Source: Macrostomum lignano
Taxonomy: Eukaryota
DNA length: 64,000 nt
Reading direction: 5' to 3'
NCBI GenBank assembly: GCA_002269645.1
Contig: NIVC01002787.1
Location: forward strand, 76,537-140,536
Shown here piece after piece: positions 1 to 11,944 of the stretch. The notes under the pieces were generated by a model that was not told the DNA's origin, did not search any database, and saw nothing but the letters and a program-made list of their open reading frames with translations. The translations under genes were made by a program, and so were the position numbers. Within the stretch, counting starts at the first letter, position 1, and the number at the start of each line of letters is the position of its first letter.

Positions 1-623
1 GCATCAACTGAAGCTACACTCGCGCTCGGCGCGAACTCGATTTGTGAGAGACGAAATGCGCGCACGTAAGTTAATTGTATTACGAGGTTGTTTAGAGGGG
101 TAGTTTTGACTAAATCAGTTTTCGTTTGACCACTCATTTCGTGTGAAGTGAATATACGTCAAAACTAATATGTGACAATCGCTTTCTTTTCACAGTTGGA
201 CTCTGAAGATTCTGCCAGCGGCGCGGCCACATAGCGGCAGAGTGCAGAGACCTTCCTCGCCGCCGCAGCCGCAGCCGCAGCCGCAGCACCGTCGTTGAAG
301 AATGAAGCATTTTTTAATTTCTGTGCTGTTAACTATTTGACTATTTGTATTTTGACTATTTATAACTATTTGTGCTGTTAACTAGGTTAAGTATTTGATT
401 AAGTAAAAAATTGATTAAAAAAATTGATTAAGTGATTAAGTAAGTTAAACTACGACTAAAATGCTGAGTTAGAAGCACCAGGCAAATTTAAGTAAAGTAG
501 CTAATCATTTTTGCTGAAAAGAGGCTCTTTGTCTTATGATAAATCCGTTTTAATAACGAGTCTTTTGGTTTTTTTGGTTCGTCAAACAAAAGGAGCCACT
601 ATCTTGTTTCTCATTGTGTGCAA

Positions 624-688
624 TGAGAAATAATCGAGGCCCTTTTAAGTCCTTCATTACTGATATCAGTTTTCGTACGATTTGCAGT
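624..688. repeat. 65-bp direct repeat, second copy at 1475-1539
   Basis: tgagaaataatcgaggccc...cgtacgatttgcagt is identical at both positions. Confidence 0.9.
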
Positions 689-2118
689 ACGAAAGAGGCA
701 CCATGTAAAACATAAAAGAGCCGCCATGTCAAACACTAAAGAGCCACTATGTCATACATAAAACAGCCACCGCGTCAAACATAAACATGTCAAAACAGAT
801 AATTAAATATAATAAATCACAAAAATAATTAAATGTATATAAATTGTGCAATGCGCTATCTTGTTGGTAAGCCTTTTGCAAGAACATCATACAAGGCATG
901 TGTGCAAAGAAATATTGTGCTAAAATATTCGGAGTTGTTTTGTTGGTGAATGTAATTTAACGAAATTCACTCTTCATTTCGGCCTTTGTTCACAAGAATT
1001 CTATTTATTTATTGGCCAAAACTATACATTTACTATAATATATATGAAAAACTGCCGAAATTTACTTTTTGTTTCTCATGCATTTTTTGTGTTAATAGTT
1101 TATTCTGATTCGGACACTACTAATAAGTAATAACTTTGGAAGTCACTTTTATTGGTATTGGCAGGAATGGACTGCGATAGCTTAATTATCGCATAAAGTC
1201 TTTAAATTTTGGTGTATGTATTTTTTATGGAAAATATAATCTATAAGTAGACTAATCAATGAAATAAGGGCAGAAAAAATGGACGAATTCAACATTTTGG
1301 TGGTACTGTTTAACATTGTATTAGTGAAGCAGCATAGTTGATATGAGTATGTATTCAATAAAGTCAAATTGAGCTATTGAATGGATAATACTCCCATAAA
1401 ATACACCAATTAATATTCTTTTGCAGCTGCACATGTTTGAAATTATAAAACCAATAAAAGATAACAGTCAACAGTGAGAAATAATCGAGGCCCTTTTAAG
1501 TCCTTCATTACTGATATCAGTTTTCGTACGATTTGCAGTCACCACTGAATTTAGCTACTAGGCTCATCCCTTATTAACTTGACTTAAAATAGAGATTTGA
1601 TATGTAAAGTGAAAGACACTTTGAAGAGTTTTATGTATATTTATTAAATCAAGATTCAAGAAGCAACATCTATTTGTTCTTGCCATTGTAACTTTTCATA
1701 AAATCTGTTTTAAGGACCACTGCAGTACAAATATTGTTCGTTTTAGTACGCGTCATGCAGTTTATTCTGTATGTATGGTCATAGTAGGGCATTATTATAA
1801 AAACAACAATTTTCGGCTCAAATTAATTTCAGTGCGAGTTGTCATCAACCAATGTGTATGTAAAAAAATGACTAATCTCTAGGTTACTGTTTAAAAATGC
1901 AGTACCTTATCATTTTTATTTCTTCACATACATATTAAATGGTCTAGCTAAAACAGGCTTACATGGACCACCTAATTTCTCGGATAGACTGAAACATTCA
2001 ACTGATGTTTAATATGTATGAGAAGAAATAAAAATGATAAGTTAATGCATTTTTAAACAGTAACCTAGGAAAATTTAGAAAAACCGTTTCAATTTGTCCC
2101 TTGCTTATTTGGCTTATT

Positions 2119-2258
2119 CTTGCTATCTGGGGGATGCTTGCTATCTGGGGGATGCTTGCTATCTGGGGGATGCTTGCTATCTGGGGGATGCTTGGTATTC
2201 GGGGGATGCTTGCAATCTGGGGGATGCTTGCTATGTGGGGGATGCTTGCTGTCTTGGG
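2119..2258. repeat. 18-bp minisatellite (gggggatgcttgctatct), about 7-8 units
   Basis: Tandem units are directly visible; they explain the repetitive ORFs at 1998-2435. Confidence 0.95.
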
Positions 2259-2371
2259 ATAATTTCTTTTTGCATTGCACTTCATTTGAGTATTTTGTCT
2301 GTTTTCTTTGTGAAGGCTTTATTTCGCTATCTTTTTGTTACTTGTAGAGAACAGAGATTCTATACAGATGT

Positions 2372-2398
2372 CCCCCAACGGGGGGCGAAGATTGCTAG
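2372..2398 (+). mobile_element. 3' end of a non-autonomous Helitron-like element (5' end not located)
   Basis: CCCCC-aac-GGGGG hairpin followed 9 nt later by CTAG, which is the Helitron 3'-end pattern. Confidence 0.65.
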
Positions 2399-2916
2399 TC
2401 CATCACAATATACTAAATCTCTAAGATCTGTCTGACCGGTATTCCAGTCTACAGCCTGAATGCCTGAACTGTTTTTTTTCAAACTTGCTTTATTCAATTG
2501 CAAATTATTGTGAGATTGTGTGGATATAATTGCATTGAAGAATTCGAATGGGAAGATGGTTAAATATTCGAAAAACGAGTTTTCCCAATGCTTTCAATGG
2601 GAGGCTAGAAAAGGTCAACATCTTGACTAACTGAATAGCAATTCCAATTAAGATTGCGCCATAGCTTTTCTCTCTTCATTGTGTAGTAGGCCTCAGTACT
2701 GGCTGCAGTAAGGGAGAGGAAAATAATGCTCAGTGGCGGCGTGTGTACATTTTGCTCTGGCTGACTGCATAGACAATTGCTATTTATAGATTTCACTTAA
2801 TTGTGCATTGGCTCTGTCTGCACACAACCTGTGCACACTGAGCAGCCTATCACTGCTATGTATTTGACTGCAGTGCAGAAGCATATATGGCTGATTTTTG
2901 CGCCCTCCCATCAGTA

Positions 2917-2997
2917 GGCGGAATAGCCGCAGTGTAGGCACTAGGACTAGGTTTAAGCTAGGCGTAAGGTCCAAGGTTCGAGTCTGCCTCCTCGGCG
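2917..2997 (+). other. Degenerate tRNA-derived/SINE head
   Basis: A-box-like tagccgcagtgtagg and B-box ggttcgagtct (2975-2985); no clean cloverleaf. Confidence 0.35.
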
Positions 2998-3464
2998 GAT
3001 GATTAAAATTAAATTAATTTATTCATTTATATATAGCTTCGGGCTCACTAATAGGAATATTTTTTGTTGAATTCGTAAGGCATACCTAATGAAAAAGTTT
3101 TGCTAATTTACTAAGAAAATTTGATTTGTAAAAAACTGCTTCGCGCATTACTCATCGCATCAATGGGTATTGCCTAGCTCCATGAAAGTATCAAATTGCT
3201 AAGCTGCTAATTTTTTTGTTAAAATGAAGGCTGAATTGTGAAAAAACTGCCGATATGTATGAAAAATTTATTAGTGAACCGTAATAAATGCTGAGAAAAA
3301 ATTTAGATTCTTGAAAGGATCCTTTATTTTTCACTTTGCTGAGTATACTGAGGAGCCGGCCGAGAGGAGAACTGCAAACTGCTGAGGGGAACTGCAGATT
3401 GGCGAAAGGGTCATTAATGCAGACTGCAAAGGGGACAAACTGAAAACTGCTGAAAGGGGACACA

Positions 3465-3690
3465 CTGAAAACTGCTGAGGTAGTTTCTCTCGACTTACAA
3501 GCGTATAGCTGAAAACTGCTGAGGTAGTTCCTCCAGACTTACAAGCCTATAGCTGAAAACTGCTGAGGTAGTTCCTCCCGACTTACAAGCCTATAGCTGA
3601 AAACTGCTGAGGTAGTTCCTCCCGACTTACAAGCCTATAGCTGAAAACTGCTGAGGTAGTTCCTCCCGACTTACAAGCCTATAGCTGAAA
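3465..3690. repeat. 44-bp tandem repeat, about 5 units
   Basis: Unit ctgaaaactgctgaggtagttcctcccgacttacaagcctatag. Confidence 0.9.
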
Positions 3691-4685
3691 CTGCTGAAGG
3701 GGACTGCTTGGAGGATTCGTAGACTTCTGAGCAAGACAACTCTCAGAGAAGATAGGATAGCAAGACATCAGTTTCAAAACTGTACAGTTTAAGTAATTAA
3801 GTGCAGGTTGTTTAGCGGATTACTGTGGACTGCTGAGTGGACTATTGTGGTTTGCTGACGGGACAGTTTTGGGCTGCTGAGGGGATAAATGCTTATGTTA
3901 ATGAAAGTTATAGACTGGAATGGGATAACTCCAGGCTGCTAAGATAATGACTGCAGTCTGTTTTGTGGGATTAGAACGGATAACTTCAGCTTGTTGTGGG
4001 CATATCTCAGGAATTGCTGAGATGTCATGGCTTTTTGGGGCAATTTCTGAGATTTCAAGGCCCATGGGAAATTGCTGATATTCCATGGCTTACTGGAATA
4101 ATTGCTTGAATTGAGGTTTCAAAGGCTTATAAGGGGGAAGTGCTGAGATTGCTTACTTGTGGGAGATGCTTGCTATTTAGGAATGAAGGTATTGCTTAAT
4201 GCTGATTTGTGCAAAACACTGCGGATATGTATCGAAAATTGATTAGTGAACCGTACTAAATTGTTAGGAAATTTTTATTGTTGAAAATATCATTGCAGTT
4301 TGCTAAGCAGGAAACTGAGGAGCCGGCCGACAGAAGAACTGCAGATTGTCAAAAGGATCATTGCAGACTGCAAAGGGGACAAACTGCAAACTGCTAAGGT
4401 AGTTCCTCCAGACATATAGATCATATACTCTGGAGGATCATATCATAGATGTAAAGATGTGGGATGTGCAGACGGAGTTCCTCCAGACCATATTCAGAAA
4501 CAATGATATGATCTTTGCTTCAGACTTATGAGCGTATAGCTGCAAACTGCTGAGGTGGTAACTGTGGGCTACTGTGGACTACTGCTGAGTAAATATTGTT
4601 TGCTGTGGGGACAATTCTAGGCCGCTAGAGTATGACTAAAGTCTTTTTTTGGGATTGGAAGGGATAATTTCAGGTGGAGACATCT

Positions 4686-5127
4686 CAGGAATTGCTGAGA
4701 TGGCAAGGCTTATTGGTTGAATTGCTGAGATGTCATGGGTTTTTTGGGGTAATTTCTGAGATTTCAAGGCTCATGGGAATTGCTGAGATGTCAAGACTTA
4801 CTGGGGTAATTGCTGAGATGTCAAGGCTTCTTAGAGGAATTGCTGAGATGTCAAGGCTTACTGGGGGAATTGCTGAGATGTCGAGGCTTACTGAGGGAAT
4901 AACTGACATTTCAAGGCTTACTCGGGGAATTGCTGAGATGTCAAGGCTTACTGGCCTGGGAGAATTGCGTAGATTTCAAGGCTTACTCGGGAATGGCTGC
5001 GATGTCGATGCTTACTGAGGGAATTTCTGGGACGTCAAGGCCTACTGGGGGAATTGCTGAGATGTCAAGGCTCATGGGGATGGCTGAATTGTTGAGATAT
5101 CAAGGCTCATGGGGAATGGCTGAATAG
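4686..5127. repeat. ~30-bp minisatellite (ggaattgctgagatgtcaaggcttactgg)
   Basis: Tandem degenerate units; related units recur at about 6950-7490 and 7780-7880. Confidence 0.9.
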
Positions 5128-6237
5128 TTGGGGGGAGGGGGTTAGGTTGTTGAGCGATTGTCAGATCGTCAAGTAGTACGGCTTAAGTAGCTCATTTAAT
5201 TCAGATAATAAAATAGTACACACAAGTGATGCTGAATTCTGCTGATAGGAAATACCAGGGTATTTATTAAAAGTTTGATTCTTTGAGTTAGGCTAATAAA
5301 GAGGGGTGTCAAAGGCCGTCAGGGATTGGCATATTGAGCTCCTGCTGCGGACCAGAATATGCCCAGGCCAATGACGATATGCTCTAAGAGTTTGTGCTTG
5401 AAAGGATAAGCACTATTTGCTGATTGAAAAACGGTTTTGGGCTGATGAAGGAAACATTTTTTCTGGTGAAAGTTTTGACTCATGGCAATTTATTTTTTTT
5501 CAAAATGAGAAAAGGTAATTTTTAATTAATGGAAATGGAAATTAATGGTTACTGTTGGCCCAAAATAAAAACCATTCGGTGTCATTTTAAAACCCCCCAG
5601 CGGGGGGCTAAATGGCTAGTCTAAATATACTAAAAATGGTCTGTCTGTGTCTATCTATCTATCTATGTGATCGATTAGAGAAAAAATGGCTGGACCGATT
5701 TTGTTTGAACTTGCACTATTCGATCAGAAATTTTCCCGTGACTGTACATGCATCGTGGCTAAGAAATTCCTCGATTCTAAAGGCATTAAATATTCGAAAA
5801 ACATGCTTTTTGCAAATGTCAAGCAAACTTTTCGACTTGAAATGCAATGTAAGAATGCTAGAGAAAAAACTGACTGGTTGAATTCTGATTCTGAAATAGA
5901 TTGCATCATTACTGAATTGTAACTCCGACTTGAATTGAAAATGCAGTGTGGAAGCGTAGCACCAGACTTGATTTAAATTGCGTAACCATATTGTTAACTG
6001 ATACTGACTGACTGAGAAACTGATTATGTCTTAACTGCTTCGTGTGATTTACTCTATGCTTGGATTTTAAAGTGTTAAATTATATAAGTGCAAAATTTGA
6101 TGTTATTAAAACGATGAGAGCTAGCCTAGAGGTGAACAAACTGAACTGCTAAATGCAGCGACGATGGTTCGAATTTTCATAGAGTTTAATTTTTTTAATT
6201 AAAGCTTTTCAACTTCAGGAAAACTAAGACTTTTTAC

Positions 6238-6885
6238 AAAGAAGCGTCATGTAAAACTCATAAAAGCGCCATGTAAAAAATCATAGAAGCGTCATGTAAA
6301 AATCATAAAAGCGTCATGTAAAAAATCATGGAAGCGTCATGTAAACAATCATAGAAGCGTCATGTAAAAATCAAAGAAGCGTCATGTAGACAATCATAGA
6401 AGCGTCATGTAAACAACCATAGAAGCGTCATGCAAACAATCATAGAAGCGTCATGTAAACAATCATAAATGCGTCATGCAAAATACATAGAAGCGTAATG
6501 TAAAAAGCATAGAAGCGTCGTATAAAAAATTATAGAAGCGTCATGTAAACAATCATAGAAGCGTCATGTAAACAATCATAGAAGCGTCATGTAAACAATC
6601 AGAGAAGCGTCATGTAAAAAATCATAGAAGCGTCATGTAAAAATCATAGAAGCGTCATAAAAAAATAATAGAAGCGTCATGTAAACAATCATAGAAGCGT
6701 CATTTAAAAATTCATAGAAGCGTCATGCAAAAATCATAGAAGCGTCATGTAAACAATCATAGAAGCGTCATGAAAAAATCATGGAAGCCTCATATAAAAA
6801 CTAATGAAAGTGTTATTAAAAATTAAGAAGCATAATGGAAGAATAAAAGAAGCGTCATGTAAAAATCAAAAGAAGCGTCATGTCA
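6238..6885. repeat. ~23-bp minisatellite (atcatagaagcgtcatgtaaaca), more than 20 units
   Basis: Tandem units directly visible. Confidence 0.95.
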
Positions 6886-7713
6886 GACATGAAAGGTGTC
6901 ATATAAAAATTAAATGAAGCTATAGTACAGTGCTGTGCTGGGGAGAATTACTGAGACATCAAGGCTCACAAAGAATAACTGAGATATCAGGGGGGGGGGG
7001 GTTTCTGAGATGTCAAAGCAAAGTCAGAAGCTACTTTAAAGTTCATGTACTTTACTCATTTTTTTATTACATTCTTTGCTTCTATTAGCGCCCCCCAGGT
7101 GGCGAGCCAACAGAGTCAAGTAAAAAATAAAAGTAGCATTATTTATACATAAAAGAAAAGTCATATCGAAGTTAAAATATTCATTTGGGAATTTCTACGA
7201 TGTCAAAGCTTGGAGGGAATCGTTATAGTGCTGTGATTTTTAAAGATAGAATCACTAAAATGCCAAGGCTTAGGGGAGAAGAATTGCTGAGATTTCAAGG
7301 CTTTAGGTTGGGTTAAAGTTAGGTTTAGGTCAGGTGTGGGTTGAGGGTTATATTTTATCGGGTTTCAAGGTTAACAGGGGATTTTTTAGATTTCAAGGTT
7401 TATGGGGGGCATCGCTGACATGTCAAGGCTTACGGGGGGAATAGCTGAGATGTCAAGGCTCACGGGGGTATAAATGAGATTTCAAGGCTAAAGTCAGAAG
7501 CTACATGTAGTTTATTGAAAACTTTTTATTACATTATTTGTTGGCTCCTCAGGGCTCGGTGATAGAAAAAGCATAATGTAACAAATAAAAGAAGCTTCAT
7601 GTCGAAGTTAAGAGATTTATTTGGGAATCCCTACGATGTCGAGGCTTGCAGGGAATCGCTATAATGCTGTAGTAGTGCTATAATGACTCAGAATTACTGA
7701 AATTTCAATGCTT

Positions 7714-7762
7714 TAGGGTTAGGTTAGGGTTAGGGTTAGGGTTAGGCTAGGGTTAGGGTTAG
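7714..7762 (+). repeat. Interstitial TTAGGG-like tract (others near 8035-8115 and 8250-8275)
   Basis: Short imperfect ggttagggttaggg runs inside H3. Confidence 0.8.
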
Positions 7763-8387
7763 AAGGTTGACAGATTTTTTTTAGATTTCAAGGCTTATTG
7801 GGGGCATCACTGAGATGTCAAGGGGGGAAGTTGATTTGTTAAAGCTTGTGGGGGGAATTACTGACATTTCAAGGCTTACAAGGGACTTCTGAGGTATATT
7901 GCAAAGAGATGCTACATGTAGTTTATTACAAAACTTGTACTGCATTTTTGGCTCCCTAACGCTAAGATACTAAGCTAAAAAATACTACTAGCGCTTCACA
8001 AACTTATGCAGATATCAGGCTGTAGGGTTAGTTTTAGGGTTGGTATTAGGGTTTAGGTTTAGGGTTAGGTTCAGGGTTATTGCGTTAAGATTCGGGTTAG
8101 GGTTAGGGTTCGGGTAGCTTATAACTTAGCTTATGTAGCTTATTAAAAATGTTTATCATGGAAGCATCATGCAAAAACAATGGAAGCGTCATGCCCAAAA
8201 TCATAGAAGCATCGATCATGCAAAAACTCATGGACAAAATATTGAATTTAGGGTTTTGGTTAGGGTTAGGGTTAGAGTTGAAAGTTTGACAGGAGATTTT
8301 TTAGAATTTCAAGGCTACATATGCAGCTTATTAAAAAAACGTGTATTTTATTTCTTTGGCTCCCCAACGGGGGGTGTAGATTGCTAG

Positions 8388-8891
8388 TATTGGGTGCTAA
8401 GAATAAACCGCTTACATTTTCCCGGGCCATGCTAACGGCCCCTGACGCTTGAGTAGCGGTCCGCGCCGTGGATTCTGCCTTATAAACTTTCTTCTCGAAT
8501 CCCAATTCCCTATACCAAGTTTCATCTTAAACTCAACCTCCGCATCTTTGTGAACTTGCATGACCACTCTCATTACAGTGAGATCATAGGCCAGTTTGAC
8601 AGGGAACAGTTCTGGCTTAATCAGATCAGGTTTCTCAAAATGGCCTTTTTAGTAAAGACGTTTTCTAGAAAGTAATTGTAGGGATCCACACTTTGCGTGC
8701 TCACAGGGAATACCACAGGTTCTGTTGCTGCACCTTTTCATTTGTAATAAAACTTATTATTTGCTGCCGTCACATTGGGAACGTTTGACCAACCAGTGAA
8801 GTCGTTAAGATAGACATGGTAATTAGCACCTGGATCCAGGCGAATCGCCTGCTCTAATTTTTTAATAAATATCCCGTTTGAGTCATTAATT
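8388..8891 (-). pseudogene. mCP: P0: decayed fragment of family A minor capsid (penton) gene
   Basis: Aligns by eye to the P1 penton (about 14110-14620) with indels. Cut on the left by the Helitron and on the right by the PB terminus. Confidence 0.9.
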
Positions 8892-10011
8892 AGTAGAATG
8901 CATGAGACTACGTATTGTGCAGATAAGTGTCGATTTTGGAGGTGAGATGGGTGTCAGAGCCAATGCAAATTAAACGCCTATCTAAATACATTAGACCTCT
9001 TCTAATTGGTCCAGACCCTGTAAGTTATTATGTGAGACATTTATGCATGTAACTCTCATGTAAATCTAATTATACATGTAATCAGTGTGTCGTACAGAAG
9101 CGACGACCAGAACAGTACGCATAATTAGCGCTTCACTATAGCCGTTGTTGTACGCAGAAGCGCGCGCGCGCCCAGCCCCGCACAATGCAGCATTAGTGTA
9201 GCGCGCCCACCCATCCCATAACTGTCCATATTATTACTTTTCCATATTTACTGTCCATATATACACCCAAAATTAGTGTACGCGCAGAATTGTAGCGCCC
9301 GCCCACCCCATAGCTGTTCGATCATACCCAAAATTGGTGTACGCACAGAATTAGAGCCCACCCATCAAAGAAAATATTCTGTCGCCCCTCACAATTAATT
9401 GGCAGTCCCACGCGGAGGCATGATGAGTCAGTCAGCCAGTAAATCGCCGCTGTCCACCCCTCTGCCCTGCGCTGGCCGCTATAGCTACCAGCAGTGTTAC
9501 GCAACAACCCGTTTCTATGCATGAAATATTCTTGTTTAACAAGATGCCAAACCAATTTTCTTCAGACAGCAAACAATAAATAAGAAAATTCGGATTCTCG
9601 GCCGTTTATCTAAATTCACCTAGTTCAATTAACACCCCAATCATGTGGAAAACGCAGTGTTTGACAAGCAATTTTTGGTTGCCAAAGCACAAGAGGATCA
9701 GACCGCCAAAGCATGAACTGCCAACAACTTGGAGCAAGGATTTCAACCCACCTCCAACGCCAGCACCGAAAATAGGTAAAAAGGCTCATTTTTTCGCGAA
9801 TCCTAGATAACGACAACACCGTAAAAAGCTCGTTAACATGTAATTAAAACAAATACTTATTGAGACTCTCGGGTATATAAGCACCAACCTGGAGCACCAA
9901 GCACTCGTACCTGCAAATTTTTCTCGGATTCTCGGCAGTTTTCTAAATTCGCCAAGCTCAAATAACATCCCCACCACTAGTGCGAACAACGCAGCAAGTG
10001 CTTGACAAGAA

Positions 10012-10548
10012 ATGAGCTGGATTTCCAGAGACTACCCCCTATTATCGAACGAGGGAAAAGACGAATATGATGCCTTAAAAAAATCTGCTGACTGGTTGTG
10101 CATTTGCCACAGCAAACCGATTTTCGAGCGATTAGTCACCTTCAATGCCAAGGTCGAGGAAATTGATCAAGGCCCCTACGACAGCCAAGACTACGCAGCA
10201 GCCAGGATAAATGAGCAACTACGGGACAAAATGAGATTCAAAGCTGATTTAGCACGAATGGAGAGATTACTGGCTCCGATACTAAGTGAAGAGCATCGCC
10301 AACAAATACGTTTTCGGAACCATCAAGATCTGTATAATCCGTCGTGGGAGGAGCAACAAAAGATTTGGAATTTTTGGCTGCCAAAGCACAAGAGGAACAG
10401 GCCGCCAAAGCTTGAACTACCATCAACTTGGAGCAAGGATTTCAGCACACCTCCAACGCCAGCACCCGAGAATAGGAACAAAAGGTTCATTTTTTCCGGA
10501 ATCCCCGATAACGACAACCCTGTAAAAAGCTCGTTATCGTGTAATTAA
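10012..10548 (+). CDS. PB hypothetical protein, 178 aa
   Basis: Clean ORF with a TATA box (tatataa 9874-9880) upstream; its 3' part has a degenerate duplicate at 9670-9840. Confidence 0.65.
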   Translation: MSWISRDYPLLSNEGKDEYDALKKSADWLCICHSKPIFERLVTFNAKVEEIDQGPYDSQDYAAARINEQLRDKMRFKADLARMERLLAPILSEEHRQQIRFRNHQDLYNPSWEEQQKIWNFWLPKHKRNRPPKLELPSTWSKDFSTPPTPAPENRNKRFIFSGIPDNDNPVKSSLSCN

Positions 10549-10643
10549 AACAAAAACTTATTGAGACTCTCGGGTATATAAGCACCAGCCCGGATCATCT
10601 GCAAGCGCCCGTATCTGCAAATTTTTCTAAACAGACAAGAGAC

Positions 10644-11396
10644 ATGGAGACAGAGCAAGACTTCAACTGCGTCAAGCGAGAGCTGCTGGCACTCAAACCG
10701 CGAGGTCCGAGCTTCAACGGGGTTGAAACGTTTGACATTGAATATGACGAACAGGGACCTCTCTACTTGGCCAATGCGGTCCCTGTTTTGATCGTCAAGG
10801 GCGTGCGTACTGACAACGAAGGTCGCGAATTCATCATGATTGCACAAAAACACATTGAAAGCTGCATACCCTACGCTTTCAACACTGTGGCGGAGCACCT
10901 TGCCAGCGAAAGTCTAGCTCTGCTGGGCTACAACCCTGCGTTTGGAGGTGACAGTGCAGCGTTTGGGCTGGCTCACGACTTTAAAATGTACGACCAAAAT
11001 GTACTGCCTGTAGAGGATTACAAAAACAAGAGCGGCTATTACAGGATTCTGTTTACTCTCGACACGGCCGTGATTCGAGACGCTGTTTTGACCGCAATGC
11101 CAAAAATTCAACAGCTACAGTTTGTCGAAGAAACCAAACAGGCATTTGATCGTTGCTATTGGACGCCACCTCCAAAAATCAAGGTAGGCACCAAGAAAGT
11201 AAGCAAGAAAGCAAAGAACCCACCAAAGTTTGTCAAGGAGAAGCAGCCAAAGGTGCCTAAAAATCAGGCCAGAAAGCGACAGCATCAATCGAAAGTAGTA
11301 GCAGCCAACGAATCAAAGAAGCGGTCGAAAGCCCCCAAGAAGGATACGAAAGTAAAAACTGCCGAAAAATCTACTTGCAGAACGTCGAGTGTGTGA
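10644..11396 (+). CDS. PB hypothetical protein, 250 aa, Lys-rich C-terminal tail; possibly OB-fold ssDNA-binding
   Basis: ORF with TATA at 10575-10581; beta-rich core ending in ILFTLD...MPKIQQLQFV; basic tail. Confidence 0.7.
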   Translation: METEQDFNCVKRELLALKPRGPSFNGVETFDIEYDEQGPLYLANAVPVLIVKGVRTDNEGREFIMIAQKHIESCIPYAFNTVAEHLASESLALLGYNPAFGGDSAAFGLAHDFKMYDQNVLPVEDYKNKSGYYRILFTLDTAVIRDAVLTAMPKIQQLQFVEETKQAFDRCYWTPPPKIKVGTKKVSKKAKNPPKFVKEKQPKVPKNQARKRQHQSKVVAANESKKRSKAPKKDTKVKTAEKSTCRTSSV

Positions 11397-11944
11397 ACCT
11401 AGTGTTTTGCGCGAAATGGAGCCGCATGCCTGACTTGAACTGGGCGAGCGCACGGACATTTCGCAGACCAAGAGCTCTTATCAATTTGCGAATAGGAAAA
11501 TGTACAATCAACTTTTTTCAGCGTTCTTTGTCTGCAATTGTATTCGGTTGTCGCTCAGTCAACCAAGTTTTGCGTCTTTTTCCTCAATGTAAACCAATTT
11601 CTGTTGTTGTTACCACTAGTATTTACCGCGCTGAAGTAGACAGATGGCCAATTTTTTTTCCAAATTGCATACTTTGGGTCCCACTGGGTGAAGTGGGAGT
11701 GCGAAGTTTTCAATGGAATAGTAATAAAGTCTCCATTTCGCAATGCTAAATGTTTACTATGCGGAAAGAATGGCCGCATTTTTTTCCTTGGAATACGAAA
11801 CTTTAAAGAGCTCTGTCAAATGTACGATCATGTGACTAGCGTTTTGCATGTCTAATCCATGTAGCTGTTGCGTAACTTTATTGTTTTACCACTGTACTGA
11901 ATTTGTATGTACGTACAAGCTGCTATGAAATTGTCTATAAATAT

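Larger units (their letters stand above)
2399..5619 (+). mobile_element. Non-autonomous Helitron-like element H2
   Basis: Starts with TC right after the previous CTAG (TCcatcacaatatactaaa...tctgtctg). Ends with CCCCCC-agc-GGGGGG hairpin (5593-5607) plus CTAG (5616-5619). Contains internal minisatellites and a degenerate ~1 kb duplication (3245-4100 vs 4215-4790). Confidence 0.6.
5620..8387 (+). mobile_element. Non-autonomous Helitron-like element H3
   Basis: 5' TCtaaatatactaaaaatggtctgtctgtg. 3' CCCC-aac-GGGG hairpin plus CTAG (8384-8387), followed by T of penton sequence, consistent with an A|T target. Confidence 0.65.

Noticed and set aside
180-310. Host exon after a tttcttttcacag acceptor
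   Set aside because: No sustained ORF or donor site could be supported; it contains only a short (GCAGCC)n run.
1998-5127. Repetitive ORFs (IPQIAS, GDACYL, AEMSRL)
   Set aside because: These are translations of 18- and 30-bp minisatellites.
7714-8280. Telomere
   Set aside because: The TTAGGG runs are short, imperfect and embedded inside a Helitron-like element, with complex sequence on both sides.
11375-11779. PB genes on either strand (124-aa + and 74-aa - ORFs)
   Set aside because: Short, overlapping, no motifs; possibly a decayed gene but not supportable.
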